Shown here: in pieces, positions 26,715 to 35,149 of the stretch
Numbering within the stretch: position 1 is the first letter of the stretch
How the letters are laid out: each line of letters starts with the position of its first letter
Assembly (NCBI GenBank): GCA_021846565.1
Contig: JAJZWS010000003.1
Span: 18,335 to 82,334, forward strand
Reading direction: 5' to 3'
DNA length: 64,000 nucleotides
Source of the DNA: Bacillota bacterium
GTDB taxonomy: Bacteria > Bacillota > Sulfobacillia > Sulfobacillales > JAIMBI01
The notes under the pieces: model-generated
What the model was told of the DNA's origin: nothing
Databases searched by the model: none
Seen by the model: the letters and a program-made list of their open reading frames with translations, nothing else
Program-made: the position numbers and the translations under genes

Positions 26715-27722
26715 ATGGCGTTGAACTACGAGCTTTCGCCGCATCTGGTGGCATGGGAGCTGACGCGGGCGTGCCAGTTGCATTGCCGACACTGCCGCGC
26801 CCGGGCCTTGCGTCACCGCAACCCCGACGAGCTCACCCTCGAGGAGGTGGAGGGCGTCCTGGACGCCATGAGCACATTTGACCCGCTCCCGCGCATCATC
26901 TTCACGGGCGGCGACCCGCTGGAGCGGGATGATTTGAGCGCCATCATCGCAGCCGCCGTGCACCGTGGGCACGCGGTGGCGCTGGCTCCGTCCGTCACGC
27001 CGCGCCTCACCCGCCCGGTGCTGGCGGAGTGGGCGGCGCGGGGCGTGGGCGCGGTGTCGCTGAGCCTGGACGGCGCCACCCCCGCGATTCACGATGGGTT
27101 TCGTGGGGTGCCGGGCACGCACACGCGGACGCTGGAGATGGCACGGGGGGTGGTGGAGGCGGGCATGCATCTGCAGATCAACACCACCGTGTCCGCGTAT
27201 ACCGCGGCGGACCTGGTTCCCCTGGGGACGCTTGTGCCGACGCTGGGTGTCTCCAGCTGGGAGCTGTTTTTCATTATCCCGACGGGGCGGGCCGCGGCCA
27301 CGGCCTGGCGGGGAGAGGACCAGGACACCGTCCTCGGTTGGCTTGCGCGGTACCGAGCGGAGGTCGCCTTTCGGGTAACCGCCGTTGGAGCTCCCCAGTT
27401 TGCCCGTTACAGCGATCCCGAACTTCGGCCGGGGCGTCCTCCGGTGATGCGTGAGGCCCGCGGCATGATGTTCATCGATCACGTCGGGGACGTGTACCCG
27501 AGCGGATACCTGCCCCTGTCCGCCGGCAACGTGCGCAACCGGCCGGCCCCGGCGCTGTACCGCGAGAGTGGGTTGTTTCGCGGTTTGCGGGACAACGACC
27601 GACTGGCGGGGCGGTGCGGTCACTGCGCTTGGACGTCCGTATGCGGCGGGTCGCGCGCGCGCGCCTACGCGGTGAGCGGCGATGCTTGGGCCGAAGATCC
27701 CAACTGCTTGCTTCCGGTCTGA
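26715..27722 (+). CDS. Radical SAM / SPASM-domain enzyme (NirJ/AhbD/PqqE-like; resembles the TIGR04053 group)
   Basis: ORF 26442..27722, trimmed to MALNYELSPHLVAWELTRACQLHCRHCRA (CxxxCxxC; RBS GGAGGAGGGA). Also IIFTGGDPLERDDL, SLSLDG, and a C-terminal Cys cluster RCGHCAWTSVCGGSRARAY...DPNC. Confidence 0.75.
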   Translation: MALNYELSPHLVAWELTRACQLHCRHCRARALRHRNPDELTLEEVEGVLDAMSTFDPLPRIIFTGGDPLERDDLSAIIAAAVHRGHAVALAPSVTPRLTRPVLAEWAARGVGAVSLSLDGATPAIHDGFRGVPGTHTRTLEMARGVVEAGMHLQINTTVSAYTAADLVPLGTLVPTLGVSSWELFFIIPTGRAAATAWRGEDQDTVLGWLARYRAEVAFRVTAVGAPQFARYSDPELRPGRPPVMREARGMMFIDHVGDVYPSGYLPLSAGNVRNRPAPALYRESGLFRGLRDNDRLAGRCGHCAWTSVCGGSRARAYAVSGDAWAEDPNCLLPV

Positions 27723-27795
27723 GGGCGGGCGATCGTTCCCGACCCGGGCGTCCCTCCTGCAAGGATTCCGTCCGCGGATACCGAACCAGGGTCGC

Positions 27796-27806
27796 GGGGG
27801 GGGGGG
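27796..27806. repeat. Homopolymeric G11 tract
   Basis: Read directly: gtcgc GGGGGGGGGGG atgttc. It lies at the 5' edge of the decayed peptidase gene. Confidence 0.9.
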
Positions 27807-27839
27807 ATGTTCATTGCGTCAATTTCCGAGACTCGACCG

Positions 27840-28800
27840 GTATCTGTCGGTCCGCATGGCCCATGACGCGCATCCGGGCGATGACGGCCGCATCGTCTAT
27901 GTGAGCAACGTGCTGGGGCGGCGTCCCCGTGGGTGTGGGACGGGTTCGCGCTCGGTCCGGATCCGCTGCAGTTGGACGAAGTCCGCACCTCCAGCCTCAG
28001 GCCATCTCCCACAACGCCCTGGGTGGTGCTGAGGCAGGACGCCTCCGGGACCGAGCGGCACCAGTTGGTTGCGGTGCACTTGGACACACGCGAGCGCCAT
28101 ACATAACTTCGGGGCGTTCTTTCCCGATGGGGAGCACTTCACGGTGGCGCCCAACCGCTTAAACGGGCGGGACTTTGAGCTTTATGCGGGCTATCTGGAC
28201 GGTCGTGCCTTGGCTCCCGTCCTGATCGACCATCCCCCAAACGCCGGGGCATGTGGTCGGCGCCGGCCGTCTCGCGGTGGTGGGCCGTGCACGGTGGCCC
28301 CGAGTCGCAGGCGCGGCCGGTCTTTAGTGCGCTTGCAGTACTGGCTGTCAGTCGGGGTTGCCGTGTTGGCGCCCAATGTGCGCGGCAGCACCGGCTGCGG
28401 CCGGCGCCATGAACCTCTGGACGATGGGGCGCTGCGCGCCGACGCCATCCGGGACCTGGACGCGTCGCGCATCGTCGTGTTCGGAGGGTCCTACGGCGGA
28501 TACATGGTGCGATCCACCGCCTTATTTGCGAAGAGCTGGTGACGGGCGATATCCAAGACGCGTCGCGCCACCAGTATCACGCGGTCATTGACCGTTCGCT
28601 CTCCGAAGAGGGTCGAAGGATCGTTTTCGGCTGCACAGAAATCGGCCGGCTGGCTCATCCCCAGGAAGTCGCCGTGCCCGTCTTTGACACGACGGTCCTC
28701 TACGCCGAGGCTGCCGTGGCGGAAACCCTGGCTCCTAGCACGCCTTTGGCTTCGAGACTCCGCCCGGTTCTTGTCCAGAAACTTGTTGACGGCAAACACT
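27840..28800 (+). pseudogene. Decayed prolyl-oligopeptidase (S9) family serine peptidase; frameshifted and internally deleted
   Basis: S9 hallmarks are scattered over three frames: DDGRIVYVSNVLG (propeller-like), WAVHGGPESQARPVFSAL in one frame, then LQYWLSVGVAVLAPNVRGSTGCGRR...SRIVVFGGSYGGYMV (GxSxGG nucleophile elbow) in another. A C-terminal relic ...ARFLSRNLL follows. The total span of about 1 kb is far shorter than an intact S9 gene. Confidence 0.65.
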
Positions 28801-28814
28801 TTTGGAGTTAAGTA
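28786..28814 (+). promoter_or_regulatory. Sigma-70-type promoter candidate for the MMPL gene
   Basis: TTGACG (28786-28791), 17 nt spacer, TAAGTA (28809-28814). It lies about 35 nt upstream of the ATG at 28851 (RBS AAGGAGG). Confidence 0.4.
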
Positions 28815-28850
28815 TTTGTGATGTGTGGGATTTGGGCAAGGAGGCGGACG

Positions 28851-31800
28851 ATGAAGCGGTGGGCTGCGTGGCTGGCGTCTACACGGCGGGTGTGGTGGAT
28901 TTGGGCGGTGGTGTGGCTGCTCCTCACGGTGGTGGTGGTGAAGACCCTGCCGAGCCTCACGAAGGTGGCCTCGGCGCAGTCCACATCGTTTTTGCCGGCC
29001 AGTGCCGAGCCCAGCGTGGCGCAGCATTACCTGGACCGCATCAAGTCCTCGAGCGGGGGCCGCACCGTCGAGGTGGTGCTGCACCGCAGCGCCGGCCCGC
29101 TCACCGCCCGGGAGCGGAGCGTGTTCGCCACGCGTCTCGGACGGGTGCACCTGGGCCACGCGGTAGGCCCAGCACCGGCCCGGGGGGCGTCGCCCTTTCT
29201 GGCGCCCAACGGGCGGACGGATTTTGCCGTCGTGAAAGTGCCGGGATCCGTGGGCGTGGCGACGGCGGTGCACCGCATCGATCAGACGGTGGGGGTGGTG
29301 GGTCCCGGCACGCGGGTGGCCGTCACCGGCTCCAGCGTCATCGCCCAGGCCGTGAGCCAGTCTGACCTGTCGGGGTTGAACCGCATGCTGGTGGTGACGC
29401 TCATCGTGGTCGTGGCCATCATGCTGTTTGTGTTCCGCAGTCCCGTCGCGCCGCTGGTGTCGATGGCCACTATTGGGACGGCCTTTGCCATCACGTCCGG
29501 ACTGGTGGCTTGGTGGGGGCAGCACGGCCTGCCAGTGTCCACGTATACCCAGACATTTCTGATCGCCATCATGTTTGGCGCGGGGACGGACTACGGGATT
29601 CTTCTGATGTCCCGCTTCCGCGAGGAGCTTCAACGCACCAGTGATGTGGCTGGCGCCATGGCCGCCACCATGGAGGCCGTGGGACCGACGGCCCTGGTGG
29701 CGGCCGCCACTCTCATGCTGGCGTTTGCCGCAGTGGGTCTGGCGCACTTCACCCTCTACCGCACCGCCGTCGGTGTGGCGGTGGGGGTGCTGGTCATCGG
29801 GGTGGCGCTGCTGACCGTGGTGCCTGCGCTGTTGATGGGGCTGGGCCCGCGGGTGTTCTGGCCCTTAAAGCCGGTGGTGGGGGGAGAAGTGTCGGGTGGC
29901 GGCACCTGGGCGCGGCTGGCGGACATCGTCACCCGCCAGCCCTGGTGGGCCGTGATTCCGGGGCTGGCGCTGGCCGTGCTGGCGTTTTTGGGCAGTGGGC
30001 CGCTCTCGTTCAACGAGATTCAGCAGCTGCCGCAGAACCAGCCATCGGTCCAAGCGTTTACGTGGATCGAGCAGGGGTTTGGGGGTGGGGAGGTGCTGCC
30101 CTTGAACGTGGTCATCCACGACCCGCCCACCGTGCCTCATGGTTTTCGCAGTGTCCAGGGCCTCGAGACCCTGGCGCGGGTGACGAGCGCCCTGGGCCGG
30201 CAGCCGGGCATCAAGGCGGTCGAGGGGCCGCTTTCCCCGCTCGGGACGCCGCTCACCGCGCTGGAGGTGTCCACCCAGGCACGTTCGGCGGCGGCCGGCG
30301 TGGCCAAGATGAACACCGCGCTTACGCAACTGGCGGCGGGGTTAAGCCGCGGCGCTCAAGAGGGAGCGGCCTTTGAAGCGGGCCTGCCCAAGCTGACCGG
30401 CGGATTGGGCCAGCTCCAGGTGAGCACCGAGCTGTTGGCGTCGGGCCTCGGCAAGGCCGAGTCAGCCACGGTGGCGCTGAATCAGGGGAGCTTGTCGCTG
30501 TACCAGGGGTTGGAGAAGTACCAGGCGGCTTTGAGCACGCTGTCGAGCGACGCCACGCAGCTGACGACGGCGGCGGGCCAAGTCCAGCAGGGGCTCGCCG
30601 CGGGGGCCGGCGGGGCGGCCCAGCTGGGCCAGGGAGCCTCCGGCTTGTCGGCGGCCACGGGTCAGATGGCCCAGGCGGCCACTGAGCTCAATCAGGGGCT
30701 CGCCGCGGCGTCGACGCGGCAAGCTTCCCTGACGCGCGATGCCCAGGCGTTGGCACAAAAAGACCCGGCCCTGTCGCAAAACACCACGTACCAAGCGCTT
30801 GTGCAGGGGCTGTCCGCGGAAGGTTCGGCGCTCGCGGGGCTCCAGAGCGCGGCGGCGTCCTTGGAGCAGGGACTCACCGCAGCGGGCGCCAAGAGCCAGG
30901 CGCTGTCCAATGCGCTCGGGTCCCTGGCCCAGAGCGTGGCGGCGCTCAATAACGGCACCGCGACCCTGGCGCACGGCCTGGGGAGCCTGGCGGGGGGCCT
31001 GGGGCAGCTGACCCAACAGACGGCCGGGCTCGTGAGTGGGGCCCACGGCTTGAGTGGTGGGCTTACGCAACTGTCCGGCGGCACGGCCTCACTGGCCAGC
31101 GGGGCGTCACAGATTGGGAAGGGCCTCGGCACCGTCACGGCGGGGTTGTCGAGCGGCAGTGGCCAGGCGGGCCAGCTGGTGTCGGGCCTTACCAAAGCCA
31201 GTCAGGGCACCCAACAGATCGCCGTGCACGTCAAGCAGCTGGGAACGCTGTTTCTCACGCCGCTGGCGTCTCAGACGGGCACCACGCCGCTCATCACGTC
31301 GGCGCTGTTGTCCAATCCCCAGTACCAACCGGTGCTGAAGGCGTACGTGTCCCCAGGCGGACACGTGGCGACGCTCACGGTGGTGCTGAGCCAAAACCCG
31401 TATGACGCCACGGCCATGAGCCAGCTCGGACCCATCCGGGCCGCCATCCAGAACGCGCTGCGCGGTACGCCGTTTCATGGGAGCCAGGTGTTACTCGGCG
31501 GCAGCACCAGCCAATCGGTCGCCCTAAAAAACCTTTCCGGCCAGGACTTTGGCCAGACGGCGCTGTTGGTGCTGGTGGTGATCGGCATCATGCTGCTGAT
31601 TCTGCTGCGGTCGCTGTTGGCGCCGGTGCTGCTGCTGGGGCTGGTGAGCCTGAACTACTTTGCCACCACGCGGGTGGCCGCCTGGGTGGCCACCGGGTGG
31701 CTGCATCAGAGCGGGCTGGCGTGGACGGTGCCGTTTTTCAGCTTCCTGCTGCTGGTGGCGCTGGGCGTTGACTATATTATTTTCTACATGGCGCGGTTCC

Positions 31801-32087
31801 GCGAGGAGGAGGCGCGGGGCATTCGACCGGCGCTGGTGCGCACCGCGCGCCTGGCCGCCCCCGTCGTCTTTTCGGCCGCGCTCATCATGGCAGGCACGTT
31901 TGGCAGCATGGCCGCCTCGGGTGCCGTCGACCTGATGGAAATCGGCATCACGGTGGTGATTGGCCTGGCGCTGGACATGGTGCTCATCATGGGCATCACG
32001 GCACCGGCGGCCGTCCGGATCCTGGGTCCGGTGCTGCACTGGCCGTTTCCGTCGCGCACGCCCGTGCCGGCAGTGGCCGACGCCTGA
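28851..32087 (+). CDS. MMPL-family (RND superfamily) membrane transporter with a large central heptad-repeat (YhgE/Pip-like) insertion
   Basis: ORF 28818..32087, trimmed to MKRWAAWLAS. Two 5-6 TM bundles (…FRSPVAPLVSM…GAGTDYGILLMSRFREE… and …GVDYIIFYMARFREEE…). An Ala/Gly/Leu/Gln-rich xxxLxxG repeat region of about 300 aa sits in the second extracytoplasmic part. Confidence 0.8.
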   Translation: MKRWAAWLASTRRVWWIWAVVWLLLTVVVVKTLPSLTKVASAQSTSFLPASAEPSVAQHYLDRIKSSSGGRTVEVVLHRSAGPLTARERSVFATRLGRVHLGHAVGPAPARGASPFLAPNGRTDFAVVKVPGSVGVATAVHRIDQTVGVVGPGTRVAVTGSSVIAQAVSQSDLSGLNRMLVVTLIVVVAIMLFVFRSPVAPLVSMATIGTAFAITSGLVAWWGQHGLPVSTYTQTFLIAIMFGAGTDYGILLMSRFREELQRTSDVAGAMAATMEAVGPTALVAAATLMLAFAAVGLAHFTLYRTAVGVAVGVLVIGVALLTVVPALLMGLGPRVFWPLKPVVGGEVSGGGTWARLADIVTRQPWWAVIPGLALAVLAFLGSGPLSFNEIQQLPQNQPSVQAFTWIEQGFGGGEVLPLNVVIHDPPTVPHGFRSVQGLETLARVTSALGRQPGIKAVEGPLSPLGTPLTALEVSTQARSAAAGVAKMNTALTQLAAGLSRGAQEGAAFEAGLPKLTGGLGQLQVSTELLASGLGKAESATVALNQGSLSLYQGLEKYQAALSTLSSDATQLTTAAGQVQQGLAAGAGGAAQLGQGASGLSAATGQMAQAATELNQGLAAASTRQASLTRDAQALAQKDPALSQNTTYQALVQGLSAEGSALAGLQSAAASLEQGLTAAGAKSQALSNALGSLAQSVAALNNGTATLAHGLGSLAGGLGQLTQQTAGLVSGAHGLSGGLTQLSGGTASLASGASQIGKGLGTVTAGLSSGSGQAGQLVSGLTKASQGTQQIAVHVKQLGTLFLTPLASQTGTTPLITSALLSNPQYQPVLKAYVSPGGHVATLTVVLSQNPYDATAMSQLGPIRAAIQNALRGTPFHGSQVLLGGSTSQSVALKNLSGQDFGQTALLVLVVIGIMLLILLRSLLAPVLLLGLVSLNYFATTRVAAWVATGWLHQSGLAWTVPFFSFLLLVALGVDYIIFYMARFREEEARGIRPALVRTARLAAPVVFSAALIMAGTFGSMAASGAVDLMEIGITVVIGLALDMVLIMGITAPAAVRILGPVLHWPFPSRTPVPAVADA

Positions 32088-32107
32088 GGGCCGTCGGCCC
32101 GGATGTG

Positions 32108-32148
32108 AAAAAACCCCCGCGATGCGAAGACGCGTCCCGGGGGGGTTC
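32108..32148. terminator. Bidirectional terminator-like hairpin between convergent genes
   Basis: gAAAAAACCCCCGcgatgcgaagacgcgtcCCGGGGGGGTTcatt is a GC stem flanked by an A-run and a T-rich tail. It lies between the MMPL stop (32087) and the VIT1 stop (32166). Confidence 0.5.
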
Positions 32149-32165
32149 ATTGAGGTCGTCGCACA

Positions 32166-32891
32166 CTACCCGATGATGTGGCCAAACAGCTGGCCGGCCA
32201 AAATGCCCAGCACAATGCCAATCACCGCGACCAGCACAAACTGCAGGCCGCTTTTCCACCACACCCCCTTGGCCACGTTGGCCTTGACGGCCCCCAGGAC
32301 AAACGCTGCCAGCAGCGCGAAGCCAATCGCCCACCGCATCGCGAGCGGGGGGATGTGGATGAACAGGAACGGCAACACCGGGGCCAAAGAGCCCGCGATG
32401 ACCGCCAGTGCCATGATGCCGGCGGAGGTCCAGGGGCTGTCCAATCCTTCAACGATGATGCCCAGTTCTTCCTTCATCATGAAGTCCACCCAGTGATGCT
32501 TGTCCTGCATCAGTCGACGGGTGAACTGCTCCGCCTCGTCGTGCGGGAAACCCTTCTGGCGCAGGATCCCTTCCACTTCACGGCGCTCCTCATCGGGCAC
32601 CTCGTCCACCTCGCGCATCTCGCGCTCCCACTCGCTCTGGAAGTACTCGTTCTGAGCCTGAGTGCTGAGATACGCGCCCAGCGCCATGGACACGGTGGCA
32701 GCTGTCGTCGCGGCCAGGGCCGCCAGAATCACGGCCTTGGACGACAAGCCTGAGGACGCCACGGCCACCACAAGCACAGTGACCGACACAAGACCGTCGT
32801 TGACCCCAAAAACGATTTCACGAATGGAACGGGCGCCCGGGCTGTGGACTCCCTCTTCCTTGATCCCACTGCTGGCTGCTTCGGACGCCAT
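32166..32891 (-). CDS. VIT1/CCC1-family iron/manganese transporter
   Basis: 241-aa ORF with REIVFGVNDGLVSVTVLVVAVA, a central acidic helical region EREMREVDEVPDEERREVEGIL, and C-terminal TM segments. Confidence 0.8.
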   Translation of the reverse strand: MASEAASSGIKEEGVHSPGARSIREIVFGVNDGLVSVTVLVVAVASSGLSSKAVILAALAATTAATVSMALGAYLSTQAQNEYFQSEWEREMREVDEVPDEERREVEGILRQKGFPHDEAEQFTRRLMQDKHHWVDFMMKEELGIIVEGLDSPWTSAGIMALAVIAGSLAPVLPFLFIHIPPLAMRWAIGFALLAAFVLGAVKANVAKGVWWKSGLQFVLVAVIGIVLGILAGQLFGHIIG

Positions 32892-32952
32892 CTCATCACC
32901 TCCGGCGCGGTTCGCTTGCTAACGGCTCCCCGCGCCCGCCTTATGTGCGCAC

Positions 32953-34359
32953 TTACATGTTAGCAGACCCTGTCGCGGCGAGCGTCGCGGCCACACCGTC
33001 CACCAGGCGATCCACCTCGTCCTCGGCAATCACCAGCGGCGGCGCCAGAATCACGATGTTGTCGGCATCAGGCCCCACGTCGGTGGTGCGGCCCACGAGT
33101 AGACCCCGGGCCCGCAGGTCCGCCACCACGCGGCGCGTGAGCGCCGCCGCGGACGCAGGCTCTCCGCTCGCCGTCCCCAGCTCAATGCCCACCAACAGGC
33201 CGCGTCCCCGGATGTCCCTCACGGACGGATGCCCCGCGAGCGCCTGGGCGAGCTCCTGCAGCAGCCGGGCGCCACGCGCCCGGCTTTGCTCCGGCAAGCC
33301 TTCGCGGGCCAGCACGTCCAAGTTCGCGAGCGCCACCGCCGTCGCCACGGGGTGGCCACCGTAGGTGTTGATGTGCCGAAAATGGTCTCCGGCCCCGGTG
33401 GGGGGCAGGGTGCCGGGAAACGTGCCCTCGATCGTGTGGAACAACTCGTCGGCAAAGGCTGCCGCCCCAATCGGCTGGTAGCCGCTGGCGAGCCCCTTGG
33501 CCATCGTGACCACGTCGGGCGATACTGCGGGCCCCCGCTCCTGATGGCCAAACCAGGCGCCCACCCGGCCAAATCCCGTCACCACCTCATCGACCATGAG
33601 CTTGACGTCATATTTGCGGCAGATGGCCGCCACGCGCGCCAGGTAGTCGTCCGGAGGCACCAGCACCCCGCCCCCGGCGGTGATGGGTTCCACGATGACG
33701 GCGGCGACGGTCTCCGGACCTTCGTGCTGGATGCGGCGATCAAAATCGTCGGCACAGCGCAAATCACACGCGGGATACGTCAACTGAAACGGGCAACGAT
33801 GGCAGTAGGGCGCCGCCACCTGGCCAAAGCCGGTGGGCAGGGGTCCATAGTCCTGACGCCGGGCGGCTTGTCCACCGGCCGCCAGTGTGGCCAGGGTGCT
33901 TCCGTGATACGCGCGGTCCCGCCCCAAAATCTTAAAGCGCTCGGGCTGTCCTCGCCGCCGCCAGTACTGGCGAACCACTTTGAACGCCACCTCGTTGGCT
34001 TCCGACCCTGAGTTGGTAAAAAATACGCGCGGCGTGCCGGGTAGGAGCTCAGCCAGCCGGCGGGCGAGGCGGATGGCCGGCGGATGCGACTGGGTCAGCG
34101 GAAAAAACGGCAGCCGCGCCATCTGGTCCGATGCGGCCGCGACCAGTTCCTGGCGGCCATACCCGACATTCACACACCACAGGCCACCGGTGGCATCCAA
34201 GTACGGCCGGCCCGACGCGTCGATGACGGTGGCACCGTGCCCCTCCACCAGCATCAACGGGCCCGCATCCGCCCAGAGCGCACCGTGGGCGGTGAGGGGA
34301 TGCCACAGGTGTTCCTGGTCCCAACCGCGCAACGGATCGGCGGTAAGCGACTCCAGCAT
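32953..34359 (-). CDS. Class III (omega-type) PLP-dependent aminotransferase
   Basis: ORF 32953..34392, trimmed to MLESLTADPL (ATG at 34359, RBS AGGAG). It carries FFTNSGSEANE, MVDEVVTGFGRVG and VTMAKGLASGYQPIGA (PLP Lys). Confidence 0.8.
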   Translation of the reverse strand: MLESLTADPLRGWDQEHLWHPLTAHGALWADAGPLMLVEGHGATVIDASGRPYLDATGGLWCVNVGYGRQELVAAASDQMARLPFFPLTQSHPPAIRLARRLAELLPGTPRVFFTNSGSEANEVAFKVVRQYWRRRGQPERFKILGRDRAYHGSTLATLAAGGQAARRQDYGPLPTGFGQVAAPYCHRCPFQLTYPACDLRCADDFDRRIQHEGPETVAAVIVEPITAGGGVLVPPDDYLARVAAICRKYDVKLMVDEVVTGFGRVGAWFGHQERGPAVSPDVVTMAKGLASGYQPIGAAAFADELFHTIEGTFPGTLPPTGAGDHFRHINTYGGHPVATAVALANLDVLAREGLPEQSRARGARLLQELAQALAGHPSVRDIRGRGLLVGIELGTASGEPASAAALTRRVVADLRARGLLVGRTTDVGPDADNIVILAPPLVIAEDEVDRLVDGVAATLAATGSANM

Positions 34360-34421
34360 GTTGCCACTCCTGTCTCGGGGCCATGGGCACACGAACTCTC
34401 CGGCTCGCGTGGGATGGCCCG

Positions 34422-34450
34422 ATTATCGAGGGGCGGCCGCGACCCGTCAA
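34422..34450 (-). promoter_or_regulatory. Sigma-70-type promoter candidate for the aminotransferase-VIT1 operon
   Basis: On the minus strand: TTGACG (34450-34445), 17 nt spacer, GATAAT (34427-34422). It lies about 60 nt upstream of the ATG at 34359. Confidence 0.55.
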
Positions 34451-35149
34451 GGGCCCGGGTCATGTAGCAGGCGCTCGGCCGGCCTTGCGCTGCCGGGTGC
34501 CGCGGCGGGGGAGTGGTCTCTCGATCCCACCCCGCCCGTGGTCCGTGGCGTGACCCTGGCCATCCGACAGCACATGGGCCTCGGTGCGAGCCATCCCACG
34601 TCATGTGCCCAGGACAGGAGCCTAGTCTACAGGATGGTCGAGGAGACCCAAGACGTCGTCCAGACTGTCCGCGACCACCAACCGGAGGGCCATGGCTTCC
34701 AGCTGATGGGCGGGCACGCCGCCAGGTGGGACCGAACGGCACGGGAGATGGACCCAAAGCGCTGGGTCAGTTGGGTTTCCTACAGACGACGCTGGCCTTC
34801 TTCGCGGTCTTCTTCGCGGCCGCGGTCCTCGGCTTCTCGGGTCAACTCGCGCAGCAAGGGACTCCTTGTCAAAACCTCCTCCACGTATTTTATGTGGGCG
34901 GCGGACACAAAACGGGGAGCTGCCCAACACTGTCCAACGAGAGAGCGCCGGGGGTAGCGACATGGCTCCGTCGCCTGCCAAAAGGGTTTGCCAAAGTGAA
35001 GGACACCCGATCCAGGATCCCAGACGGTCGGGCTCCCAACGCCTGGGACACATGGTGCTCGGAGATGCCTGCCGATTGGATACATGGGTCGACGCCTGTC
35101 CGACCGGCCCCTCTGTGGCATGGGGGTTGTGGGTGGACACGTCTGCGGC

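Noticed and set aside
26133-27623. 496-aa minus-strand ORF over the DUF6922-like and radical SAM genes
   Set aside because: It is antisense to a radical SAM gene with CxxxCxxC and SPASM motifs, and it has an Arg/Pro/Gly-rich artefact composition.
26715-27722. Radical SAM enzyme as a prokaryotic viperin (antiviral) next to the NTase pair
   Set aside because: It has a C-terminal SPASM/twitch-type Cys cluster, and its N-terminal region resembles NirJ/PqqE-like enzymes rather than viperin. A 330-bp spacer separates it from the NTase pair. A defence role remains speculative only.
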